Shown here piece by piece: positions 28,701 to 41,337 of a DNA stretch of 64,000 bases (within the stretch, counting starts at the first letter, position 1; every line of letters begins with the position of its first letter). The translations under genes and the position numbers were made by a program. Below the pieces are notes generated by a model, which had not been told where the DNA came from, did not search any database, and worked only from the letters and a program-made list of their open reading frames with translations. Source of the DNA: Octopus vulgaris (Eukaryota); NCBI GenBank assembly GCA_951406725.2, contig CATOCA020000001.1, positions 3,844,001 through 3,908,000 of the forward strand. The letters run 5' to 3'.

Positions 28701-29234
28701 TAAACCCCAACCACTTGCAACTGTCGCGCTTCTGAAATATATGGTATGCAGACACCTGTCTCCTCAAAAGCGTAATCTATAAGTGCCACGTGATTACCCC
28801 ATGCACCCACCAGGCAAGGGTGTATATTAATGGCACCGAGGATTTTCAATGTCGTTGTCGTGCTCATATGTATTCTTTCACTAATCCCGAATCTAAACTA
28901 TTTCAATCTTTAGCAACACACATATACAACCTCAATTCAAAACAATGTCCAACACGCTCTATCGTGGTCCATAGTATGTGAAGCTCCCCTCTACAACACA
29001 AATATAGGTAAATGTATGTTATGTATAAAAGGGTCATTAACTATTCTTCGCCTCCACAACTCCTCACTGTTAAATTCTCTGACGTTATTTTTTATCGTAA
29101 GCATAAATACTGCCCGACATTCATGCACTTCCCTAATTCCAAATAAATAAAGCTGTAAAGTAAAAAAAGTGTCAACCTGACAATCGACAAGTGAACACAT
29201 TCCAAATAGCAAATATGTGTGTGTGTGTCTATGT

Positions 29235-29331
<97 letters not shown>

Positions 29332-31154
29332 CATATGCAATACATATGAAATATCCAAAATTGCATTTACAAATACATAATATATACATACAAGCTCTTA
29401 CATACATACATGCAAACACACACACATATACGCACAATATATATACATATAAACTCCTACATTAATACACAGTATTAAAAACATTAAGTAGTCAGCATAT
29501 ATATATAGATACCTACAGAAATATAAATATATATAACACGCATCCCAAATTTATTCCAAGTATTATGATCAATCGATTTTTCCGCCCCACTCAGCCTCCT
29601 AAATCTCACCAACACACATCACAAATTTCTTCAAATTTTTGCAATTCAACCGCCTCTACTCTCATTTGACCCTTCTCGGCTTCAAACAATAATTAACAAA
29701 AGTCAAATACTAAGAAAAATACCGACCCGATTTTTTATACTACTAACATTCTTAACCACTCCCTCGTACCTGAAAAGTGTCCTTAAAAAATACCCCACGT
29801 AATTTGAGATGGAATTGCTGTTTCATTATTGTACAAGCTAGAAGGGGATACACCTTCAACATTCGGATGAATTACTTATTTATTCACATCGTTTACAATT
29901 AAACATACGTTATCTTCTAGCTTTGAGATTTTGATTATGTGATTGCTTACTTTTAGAATAACTTTGCATGGTGGTTGTGAAAGGGCTAATGTGTTCAGTT
30001 TCCACAGAAAACAGGAAGAATATTTGGGCCCGACGTGGCCAGTGCCAATGCTAATGGGTTAACTGAAAATTACTGAAGTAAAAATAAAAGCATAAAAAAA
30101 CATTTTAGGTAATTTGGGGACCCAAATTTATGAAGTCTTAAGGGTGGAGAACCTTTTTATCCCATCCTTAATGCTGTTGAGGAGACTGGACAATGGCCAA
30201 TAGAAGGCCGATAGAATATAATGAAAATCGTAACTTACCAATAAAGTGCTGTTAGTTTCTGTTCGTAAGAGGTAGTGAATGTTTATATATATATTTGCGC
30301 GTATATATATATATATTGCGTCATTTGTTTATTTACCAAACATTTTTTCATTGAAGTAGCAGAACACAACGCAGACAATTATGCGTATATATATATATGA
30401 ATGTGTGTGTGTGTATGTGTGAGTATGTGTGTGTTTGCGGGTGTGTATATATGTGTATCATAGCAGATTATTGTGCCCGGTGTAATGTTGCATCCTGTTT
30501 ATTCAAATTTGAAGCAATGGTATGCAGCCGTATTTTACATTCCACCGGTATCAGTATCTGAGTCTAAAGTTATAATTACTGCATAGTGGTGGTACAGTTT
30601 TCAACCAGCAGGATGTAACCTGATGCTAATGCTTATTATATACATGCAGCAGAAAGGCGTGTCGTTCACAGGTTTAAAATAACTAAATTGCATTGTATAT
30701 AAAATATGCTAAAAATAAGTTACTTCATGTGTAACATTTAATTCTTATTTTAATGTCTTTTACACAGGATAAAACCCGAAATAGTGAACTCGGAATTTTG
30801 GAACTAAGTGAAAGACAATGATTGTTTACCATAAAGATTTTCCCGTTTTGCCGGACCATTCGATGTGGTTTACCAGAGCCTGGATTGTAGTACAATGCTT
30901 GTAAGTTGCGTCCCATGATTTGATTTTCCTCTCCCTTTATATTATGTATATGTGTGTGTGAAAAAGTGTGTCTGCGTGCGTGTTTGTGTGTGTGAAAATA
31001 AGTAAATGTAAATGAATGTATATTTGTGTGTGTGTATATATATATATATATATGTATATCGATATATGGAGAGACGTAATAGATAGAGAGATAGAAAGAT
31101 AAAGATACAGACAATGATTGATAGAGAGATAGCTAGACAGACACATGATAGTTT

Positions 31155-31205
<51 letters not shown>

Positions 31206-31398
31206 GGAAAGATAGAGATAGATAGTCATAGATAGACAATGATAGATAGATAGATAGATAGATATATAGATAGATAGAGATATATAGACATAGATAGAAA
31301 GATAGATAGATTGATAGATAGATAGATAAATAGATACATAGATAGATAGATAGATAGATAGATAGAGATAGATGGATAGATAGATAGATAGATAGATA

Positions 31399-32886
31399 TG
31401 TTTCTTTATTAGCCACACAGGGTTGCACACAGACAGAACAAATTACAAGGTAGAGCTTTTCTTTTGGGGGGAAAAAAGGGGGTTGGGTTTCGATCAAAAG
31501 GGATCGTAAAAGGAAAGAAAGAGGACAAAAAACGGGAGGATTTTTTTAAAAAAGGGGGAGAAGGAAAGAAATAAAAGGAAAGGGGAGAGGAAAAAAAGTT
31601 GATCAATAGGGATCGTAATCACAGAAATGTCAATATGAAGTGTAAAGAAAAGCCTACGGAAAAGACCACGGTAACCTCGGTCAATGAAGTCACATATTAT
31701 ATTTCTTTCTTTTATTTTTTTTTTGCAAATAAGCAACTCTCTGTATTAATTTTTACGGTTCATAGAATCATAGTCAAGGTGGCTTCGTCATTCATACGTG
31801 CCATCCTTGCTACATTCACCCATCTTTTTTTAAAACATTCGCTAGACAAAATTTGCCTCACTTTCCTCTTCATGTGATACTTGAAGAAGTTGATGAGAGA
31901 TTGACCAGAGAGGAAAGTGTTTGTCTCCATTCCTTTCGGCGCGTCCACCAGATACATTCTTTCGCCATAGCCACAAGTATGATAAAAATAGCTCTTCCTT
32001 CCCGTTTGAAGGAAGGAGGCGTGACGATATTAACGATATACTCGGCTGATAAACCGACACGTCCCACACGTGACAGCAGTCGTTCGACATAAGCCCACAG
32101 GTCGGAAATTGCTGGACACTGCACGATTGCGTGCAGAGCGGTTTCGTCGCTCTGCCCGCATCTCGGGCAGGTCGGCCCCGTGTTTCTCGAGCCATGTCTA
32201 TAGAGCTTATCCCGAACGGGTAGCGCTTCTCGGTAGCACCGCCAGGCCAGGGATCTCTGGAAGTTGTCTATAGGTCCCGGGCCGAAAGTCGTTTGAAACA
32301 GGCGGGTCAGGTATTCCTCGACGACGCCCAGGTTTGCCAAGAGATCGTCGTCGTACCTCCCCTCCACTAATCCCCTATAGAATTCTTTGGTTGTGTTGAA
32401 GTCACTCAAGGTCGACCTGGGACGGCAGAGTTGCTTGAGAGCAACGCGACACTCGCGGTGCCATTCGCCCTTCCTCGGCCTCTTTTTGATCCACGACTGT
32501 TGTTCGGTCATGGAGACGAGTTGCGGGAATGCGTGCCTCACAAACGGTGACCACACCTGTTCACCGTCGTCTACATAGAGCCGGAGATGTCGCAGTCTCA
32601 GCGCGTGTCTGCGCATCATCAACCACGGCATGCCCAGCCCTTCTTTTAACGGGTGTTGGCAGCAAATGGATCGCCTGACCATCGGGACGCATCCTTTCCA
32701 CAAGAAGCGGAAGAGGATGCGTTCTAGTTTGGTGATGGTAGGGTCGGGACAACGTACGACGGTCAGGCGGTAGTAGATGATGGACGCGATGTAGGCTTTC
32801 GCCACCTCCGCCCGACCTTTTAGGGACACTTTCCTCTCGGCCCATTGCTGGGCGAGAGTGACCACCCTACTCGTTATCTCGTTCCA
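31399..32886 (-). mobile_element. L1/Tx1 LINE, duplicated copy 3 (frameshift near 31935)
   Basis: ORF 31870-33066 is near-identical to the 21954-23033 protein, with the same termini in GATA repeats. Confidence 0.92.
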
Positions 32887-32916
32887 GATAGATAGATAGA
32901 TATGTAGATATATAGG

Positions 32917-32969
<53 letters not shown>

Positions 32970-33772
32970 TGATAGATAGAGATATAGATAGAAGATCGAT
33001 TGATTGATCGATAGATAGATCATTTTCTATTGTTGCATCCTTTAAAATTTCAGGAACACAAACCATAGAGCTTCAATTCCCGTTCGCTGTCTTCGATGAG
33101 ATCCGACAATTCTAATTTATGGCGTAGAATTTAAACCATAGCTGTAAACAATTCCTTACGTTTGTCATCCGTTCGGTTGCGCCTATGCTGGGGCACTGCC
33201 TTAAAGTGTTTTAGTCGCACAAATCGACCCCAGTATTTGTTGTTAAGCCTGCTGCGTATTCTTGCGATCCCTTCCGCTGATTTGCCTACAGTTACGCAAC
33301 TTTATACTTTTGATTTTTTTTTATTACTTACCAGAAAAAAGAAAAACATGACTGCAATTATCGTCAGCGGCAGGCAATTCTGAATCAGACGTAAATGCTT
33401 TGAAAATGACGTGGTAAAAATGTGAAAAGTTTCAAGTGGTTTTAAGGAATTTAACAAGATATCGATCGGCCAAATTACTGGGACGTAAAAAACCGGAACC
33501 TGTTCCCAAGCGGTCATAGTGGATAAACTGAAACACATACACATATACATACACACGCTCACATATACATAGATATATACATATATGTCAAATATATATA
33601 TATATATATATACATAAGTGTGTGTGTGTGTGTGTGTATATATAACAAAGTAAGTTTGGGGCTACTAATAAATATATATAATTGAAATATAGGATAAAAT
33701 TTTTACGAGGATTTATCAAGTAGTTATCGTGAAAAACCTCAGAAGGGATAACTTATTAATTATTCCCTATGA

Positions 33773-34141
33773 ATATATTTATGTATATTAAGGGCATTAC
33801 TTATACATAAATGCCTCACGCTAGGAGGGTCTCTTGAAGTCATAACTACTATAATGCCCACATTGTACAAAACGCGAGGGAATGCAACTCTCAAAGCGAG
33901 CCTCCAGAAAAAGACGTAGCTGAACATCATATGATTCCGTAATTAGTGCACAAAATCCACTTTTCACTCATCAGCGCAGCCTTTGTCAAGACATAAAATT
34001 TAACAAAAATCAACGTACCAGACGAACTCTTGTATCCTTGCGTTTGATACAATGTGGTTATTATAGTAGTGTTGACTTCAAGAATCCCTCTTAGCGCGAG
34101 GCATTTCTATATAGTAATGCCCTTAATATAAATAAATACAT
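33773..34141. repeat. ~105-bp inverted repeat pair (33773-33881 / 34033-34141); foldback or Penelope-like end
   Basis: tattaagggcattac...ttgaagtca.aactactataat...cacattgta is matched in reverse complement by tacaatgtgg...tatagtagtgttgacttcaa...gtaatgcccttaata. Confidence 0.8.
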
Positions 34142-35060
34142 GTATATAAATATATATATAGACGTGCGTATGTATATGTGTTTATATGTATATATATACA
34201 TATTCATATATATATTTTATTTTCTATTTTAGATACAGGTTTTCACTGTATATAGAAACACTTCGAAGTGCTGAAGAGATTAGAACTTGAGACTTTAGAT
34301 ACGTAAAGAAACGATAAGCAAGCTAGATATTTATCTACATTTACATATGAAGATACATTGAATGGAAATCAAAAAGGTAAACGTGTGTGGATATTAAGAA
34401 GACATAGTCCAATTTTCAGATAAAACAGTATCACAAATAGTATAGGTAGAGTTTTAAATGTTCTACGGCCGTTTCAGGGATCTTTGTGGTCCTGATATAT
34501 GACAGATATCAGGGACCATTGTTGGATAACATCACCTCTCCGGGGGAAGAAGTTTATATTAAAGGTTTTGCATTTAAAATGTTGTCATGATATTGGTTAA
34601 AGACCGATTGATTTTATAGAGGGCTATATTTAATAGGAAGGGGAGTTAGGGATGTTTAGACAGAGAATAGTTGCAGGATGGAGAAAATAGATTTCAAGAT
34701 CATAAGACCACTGATGGTATTAAAGGTGAGAGTGGTAGAAAGTGGATTAGTTTATGTCCAAGTTAAATTAGTGAAAAAAGGATGGACTTAAGCGGTTCGA
34801 TATCAGATAAGGGTTTGAGAGGGAGGTTATATGTTCTATTCTAGGCTTTCCGTCCGACTCATTTGCCTCAGAAAATCCGATTTGGGTCGAGTTAGTTAAT
34901 GCATTATTGACCGTATTATACACCGTGTCAGGAATAACGTTGAGCTCCCGCTATGGAATTGCACATGAGACGTTATTTTTGGTTTCCCTCTTTCCACCAT
35001 AAACACACGAATTTCCTTCAGTTTGACATGTCAAATTATTGCAATATTTACAATTGACAA

Positions 35061-35268
35061 GGCGCCGAGTTGGCAGAAACGTTTGCACGCAGGGCAAAAT
35101 GCTTAGCGTTCTGTTTTTACGTTATGAGTTCAAAATTCCGCCGATTTCGACTTTACCTTTCATCCTTTCGGGTTTGAAACATTAAGTACCCGTTGCATAG
35201 TAGGGTCGATCGAATCAGTTGGGCGCTACCCCAAAATTTCGGGCTTTGTGACTAGAGTAGATAAGAAT
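35061..35268 (+). mobile_element. Second-family SINE with alternative tail (ccccaaaatttcgggc...tagagtag); minus-strand copy at 47850-48012
   Basis: Same head and central domain as 5751-5980, different 3' end. Confidence 0.8.
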
Positions 35269-35310
35269 AATTACAATCGACGGACAGGTGTCCTCATCTT
35301 GTTAGTTGTT

Positions 35311-35357
35311 ACTACAACGTTTCGGCTGAGGAATTCTCCAGCCTTCTTCAGATGTCC
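35311..35357 (-). ncRNA. Minimal Penelope-type hammerhead motif (weak stem I)
   Basis: Minus strand: CTGAAGA-aggctg-gagaattcct-cagcc-GAAACGTT, with palindromic AACGTT stem III. Confidence 0.55.
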
Positions 35358-35627
35358 TCTCAACAATAAAGTGTAGACATCAACCCGTCCAATTCAAATA
35401 TCATACATAATTCCTCAACTCTAAATTATAAAACAGAGGCAGCTCAGATTTTCGTCAAAGAAAAGCGACTCAGACATATATATTCATATATATCATGATG
35501 ATGATGAAGAAGAGAGAAAGAGAGAGAGATAGAGAGATAGAGATAGAGATAGAGAGAGACTTATTTTATCGAACTTTCGTTAGCTTTGGCTGCCATTTCT
35601 AGCATATGGATAGCCTTCTTGACGGCC

Positions 35628-36372
35628 TGATCGATTTGCTCGACTAAAGGCGGTGCTCCAGCATGGCCACTGTCAAATGACTGAAACAAGTAAAATAAAA
35701 TAACATATATATAGGCACAGGAGTGGCTGTGTGGTAAGTAGCTTGCTTACCAACCACATGGTTCCTGGTTCAGTCCCACTGCGTGGCATCTCGGGCAAGT
35801 GTCTTCTGCTATAACCCCGGGCCGTCCAATGCCTTGTGAGTGGATTTGGTAGACGGAAACTGAAAGAAGCCTGTCGTATATATGTATATATATGTATGTG
35901 TGTGTATGTGTTTGTATGTCTGTGTTTGTCCCCCTAGAATTGCTTGACAACAGATGCTGGTGTGTTTACGTCCCCGTCACTTAGCGGGTCGGCAAAAGAG
36001 ACCGATAGAATAAGTACTGGGCTAACGAAGAATAAGTCCCGGGGTTGATTTGCTCGACTAAAGGCGGTGCTCCAGCATGGCCACTGTCAAATGACTGAAA
36101 CAAGTAAAATAAAATAACGGAAACTGAAAGAAGCCCGTCGTATATATGTATATATATGTGTATGTGCGTGTATGTGTCTGTGTTTGTCCCCCTAGCATTG
36201 CTTGACAACAGATGCTGGTGTGTTTACGTCCCCGTCACTTAGCGGTTCGGCAAAAAAGAGACCGCTAGAATAAGTACTGGGCTTACAAAGAATAAGTCCC
36301 GGGGTCGAGTTGCTCGATTAAAGGCGGTGCTCCAGCATGGCCGCAGTCAAAATGACTGAAACAAGTAAAAGA
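35628..36372 (+). mobile_element. CORE-type SINE cluster: tail fragment, full copy (35714-36117), 5'-truncated tandem copy (36118-36372)
   Basis: Direct match to the family at 3106-3510. Confidence 0.9.
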
Positions 36373-36621
36373 GAAAGAGAAAGAGAATATATATATACAT
36401 ATATGGCTGCTATTTTTAGCAAGTTAAAATTACCTGTTAAAGGGTAATATTCTATTTTGAAATATATAAACATATATATATTTGTGTGTGTGTGTGTGTG
36501 TGTGTGTTTGTCTGCGTGTATTGTCCGCATATATATATATATATATAAATGGATAGATTGATAGATAGTTAGATAGATAGATACATGCATACATACACAC
36601 ATACATACATATATACAGACT

Positions 36622-36652
<31 letters not shown>

Positions 36653-37150
36653 CTGTGTGTGTGTGTGTGTAGCTTAGCTTTAGACGAAATACCTATTTTT
36701 AAATACCGATGAGGGGTGTGTTGTCGCCCTTCGCAGCAACTTAACTGGACAACAGGATGTTCATTGAAGCGTAAATTGGCTGTGGCTGCAAATGTAATTA
36801 AAATGTAATTAAAATACCTTACTCTTCTGCCAAAACAAGTGTATATACACACACATACATGTATACATACATACATACATACATACATGCATGCATGCAT
36901 ACACAGGCGTATACACAAATGTATGCATACACACACACATACATACGTATATATATATGACGATCTAATTCGTATTTTCTCAGATGCAGCTCAGATTTTC
37001 GTCAATGAAAAGCGACTCAGACATATATATTCATATATATCATGATGATGATGATGAAAAAGAGAGAGAGAGAGAGACTTATTTTATCGAACTTTCGTTA
37101 GCTTTGGCTGCCATTTCTAGCATAGAGAGAGAGAAAGAGAGAAAGAGATA

Positions 37151-37182
<32 letters not shown>

Positions 37183-37249
37183 CTTATTTTATCGAACTTT
37201 CGTTAGCTTTGGCTGCCATTTCTAGCATATGGATAGCCTTCTTGACGGC

Positions 37250-37742
37250 CTGATCGATTTGCTCGACTAAAGGCGGTGCTCCAGCATGGCCACTGTCAAA
37301 TGACTGAAACAAGTAATATAAAATAACATATATATAGGCACAGGAGTGGCTGTGTGGTAAGTAGCTTGCTTACCAACCACATGGTTCCTGGTTCAGTCCC
37401 ACTGCGTGGCATCTCAGGCAAGTGTCTTCTGCTATAACCCCGGGCCGTCCAATGCCTTGTGAGTGGATTTGGTAGACGGAAACTGAAAGAAGCCCGTCGT
37501 ATATATGTATATATATATATATATGTGTATGTGCGTGTGTGTGTCTGTGTTTGTCCCCCTAGAATTGCTTGACAACAGATGCTGGTGTGTTTACGTCCCC
37601 GTCACTTAGCGGGTCGGCAAAAGAGACCGATAGAATAAGTACTGGGCTTACGAAGAATAAGTCCCGGGGTCGAGTTGCTCGATTAAAGGCGGTGCTCCAG
37701 CATGGCCGCAGTCAAATGACTGAAACAAGTAAAAGAATAAAA
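37250..37742 (+). mobile_element. CORE-type SINE (37337-37742) with preceding tail fragment; part of a local duplication of 35439-36372
   Basis: Shares unique flank gcagctcagattttcgtcaa...gactcagaca and private variants (ggcacagg, gccgtccaatgcc) with 35439-35960. Confidence 0.9.
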
Positions 37743-37864
37743 GAGAGATAGAACTAGGCCTTGGATGGTATAAATGTAATGTAGTATGTAATAAAGGTGC
37801 AGAAGCTATGATAAGGAGGGAAATTGGGTTCAAGTTAACTTTGTAAGATAAAAACCCTATTTCT

Positions 37865-38230
37865 GTCACTTATTGCAATCTTCACTGAGAGGTGTTTGTT
37901 TCTCAGAAAATATTTCCAGATACTTTTGCAATATTACAAGAAGCGGTTAAAATTATTAACGTTATTAAAATTCTTGTTCTCAATAGTTTCCTCTTCTGTG
38001 AGGAAATGGCATCCAATTTCAGCCAAGTTTTATGAAGAACAGAAGTGTGATGAATCTGAAATAGAGAAGCTTTGAACCAATTGTTAGAACTTTAAAAAAA
38101 TGAAGACATAATATTCCTGCTGGGATTAAATTCAGATTTGTTCCACAATGAAGATTCGTTATACAAATTATTCTATTTGTCAGACATTTTTGGACAGCTT
38201 AATAAACGTAATATGTCTGTACAAAAGGGA
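37865..38230 (+). pseudogene. hAT (Charlie/Buster-like) transposase relic
   Basis: Translates to C.LH*EVFVSQ...LQEAVKIINVIK...LNS.LFCEEM.S...L*RTEV...LLEL...FL...KLFYLSDIFGQLNK.N.SVQ. This matches the HCxxHREAL...VKIVNFIK...HTEVRWLS...LAYLADIFxxLNxLNxSLQG motif series. Confidence 0.75.
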
Positions 38231-38423
38231 AAAACACTGAAATTTTTTATTTAACCCTTTAGCATATAAACCGGCCATATCCGGCCAAAAATATTCTTCC
38301 TGTTTTATGTTCAAACGAGCCCTATCTGGTCTCTCACACCAACCCTACAATATTGTTTTAAAAATGAACAGCTACCTCATCAAAATCTCATAGCTACAAG
38401 ATAATGCATGATTTTCTCCCCTC

Positions 38424-39670
38424 CACCTGATTTTCTCCCCTCCATACACACACAAGCATGTAACAACCTGCCGGCATCAGTTTTTAATTGTCTGAGCACT
38501 GCATCCTTCAAAACTTCCATGCTTTCTGAGATTCGCCAACACTACACCTGATTTTCTCCCCTCCATACACACGCAAGCATGGAACAAACTGCCGGCATCA
38601 GTTGTTAATTGTCTGAGCACTGCATCCTTCAAAACTTTCATGCTTTCTGAGATTCGCCAACACTACACCTGATTTTCTCCCCTCCATACACACACAAGCA
38701 TGGAACAACCTGCCGGCATCAGTTGTTAGTTGTCTGAGCACTGCATCCTTCAAAACTTTCATGCTTTCTGAGATTCGCCAACACTACACCTGATTTCCTC
38801 ACCTCCATACACACGCAAGCATGGAACAAACTGCCGGTATCAGTTGTTAATTGTCTGAGCACTGCATCCTTCAAAACGTCCATGCTTTCTGAGATTCGCC
38901 AACACTACACCTGATTTTCTCCCCTCCATACACACACAAGCATGGAACAACCTGCCGGCATCAGTTGTTAATTGTCTGAGCACTGCATCCTTCAAAACTT
39001 CCATGCTTTCTGAGATTCGCCAACACTACACCTGATTTTCTCCCCTCCATACACACACAAGCATGGAACAAACTGCCGGCATCAGTTGTTAATTGTCTGA
39101 GCACTGCATCCTTCAAAACTTTCATGCTTTCTGAGATTCGCCAACACTACACCTGATTTTCTCCCCTCCATACACACACAAGCATGGAACAAACTGCCGG
39201 CATCAGTTGTTAGTTGTCTGAGCACTGCATCCTTCAAAACTTTCATGCTTTCTGAGATTCGTCAACACTACACCTGATTTTCTCCCCTCCATACACACAC
39301 AAGCATGGAACAACCTGCCGGCATCAGTTGTTAATTGTCTGAGCACTGCATCCTTCAAAACGTCCATGCTTTCTGAGATTCGCCAACACTACACCTGATT
39401 TTCTCCCCTCACACGCAAGCATGGAACAAACTGCCGGCATCAGTTGTTAGTTGTCTGAGCACTGCATCCTTCAAAACTTTCATGCTTCCTGAGATTCGCC
39501 AACACTACATCTGATTTTCTCCCCTCCATACACACACAAGCATGTATCTAACTCATACATTGTTCGCTTTCCATACATTTGTACATTACAGCATACACCT
39601 TATACGCACTTTCTGACAAGTTGTGGTGCACCTGAGCACTGTATACAATAATGTCATTATTATTATTATT
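38424..39670 (+). repeat. 121-bp tandem array (~9 units) derived from a CR1-group LINE 3' end, followed by its 3' UTR and (TTA)n tail
   Basis: Unit starts at 38424, 38545, 38666 and onward (period 121). Each unit encodes AWNKLPASVVNCLSTASFKTSMLSEIRQHYT*, the WNxLP...S...FK terminus of CR1/L2 ORF2. Confidence 0.85.
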
Positions 39671-41179
39671 TTATAATTGTAATCGACACACTCTGAAAGG
39701 CATTTATAGAAAATTCCATAAAAAATTTATTATTTTTCTGAAAGTTGTGAAAAAAGCCAGACGCCCTGTGTGAATTTTCCAAAACTCCTAACATCGAAGT
39801 AGGAAAAATGTTTTCATCAAATATTTCGATATAATCGCAATTTACAGCATCAGAAGCTCAGTTTTAGAAAATATAATTTAAAATCTCCATTTTCTGGAAG
39901 CTCTGAGGCAGGAAATTCGGGTGTCAAACATCTGAAGCAATACCGAATGGCATTTAATATCTTCACACTGAACTCCTTCATAACCGTCGAGATGCGTCAA
40001 TTTCCGTCGATTTCCGTTCTCGTAGCTGTTTCCCCGCAACACAGCTCCGTCACACATCCATGAGACCGGCCTGCGATGAGTAAAACAGTGTGTCGAGATG
40101 TTTCGGTGGTAGAGGCGTCGTCACTATGAGCTGAATTGTTCTCCGTTAGATGGCATTCACTTGTTTCCTGTTCTATTCTCATCACTTCCGGTCTGATCCC
40201 TTTCCTTCTCGAAGTTTACTTTCACATTTTTGCAGCTTAAAATAGGACGACAACCAGTGCACGGCTGCACTAAACTGCACTTTCATTGCATATTCTTGCT
40301 CCCTTCTCTTTGTAGTGGACAGTCAATGGCTAATCTTTGCAGTAATCTGACCAAATGCCAATTATAAAATAGAAACTATTAGATTTAGGGAAATGTCCGT
40401 GCGTCGTGTTAAAATAATGATTGTTTTATGCAAGAATTTATTCAAAAGCAACAAATATTCTTCAAAATAAAGACCAAACGCACGAACTTTTTCCTCAACT
40501 TAATAAAAAAATTGTGAAGCAATTAAAGAAATAAGTGGTTTCATTTAGTATGCGATGTTTGGCTGCTATTTCTAGCAGCTGCATCCACAATAGGAGCAGG
40601 GTGCAGTGTGAAGATTACGAGGAGGAAATTAAGGGCTAAGAATTGCAATATTAAACCCTTCGATCTATTATTTACATTAAATCATTTTTGGAAATCTTCA
40701 ATTTCTGCGCAAGAAAAAAATACAATTTAAAGCGAAAAGGGATGCAATAAGAGTTATTGTTCTTACCCTTTCAACGTTGACTCCTCCCACCACTTTGCAT
40801 AACGTAGACTGACTCCGCCCATTTTGCTTTCTTTATTAACTCATACCCTTCCCCTATTACTAAATATATATCGTCCAATAAGCGCGCTCTCCCTCTTTGT
40901 CTCTTTCTCTTCGCCTCCCTCTCCCACCTCCTCATATATTACCCAATGCTTCCCCCTCCCTTGCTTTTCCTCTTAATTCCCTCTGTCTGTACCTCACTGA
41001 ACCCTTAATGCATTTTCATACTCTTTCTCTCCCCCCTACGAAACATATCCTCCCACTTCTCCCTCTCTGTCTCCTTTCTCTCAGAACCTCATTATATATT
41101 CATTTTAATCACCGCCCACCTCCCTTGCAAAAGCGTTCACCTCTTCCTCTCCCTCACTAACTGTATATATGTCTGTCTC

Positions 41180-41305
41180 TCTCTCTCTCTCTCACGCATT
41201 CTGTCTCTCTCTCTCTCTCCCACTCTCATTCTTTCTCTGCTTCCTCATACATTAATATATCCCTCCCCTTCCCTAGGGTTTCTCTCTCTCACTCAATCTT
41301 CCTTT

Positions 41306-41337
<32 letters not shown>

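Noticed and set aside
38424-39545. CRISPR-like regular array (also 55594-57706)
   Set aside because: Whole units repeat with no unique spacers, there are no cas genes, and both arrays derive from eukaryotic retroposons.
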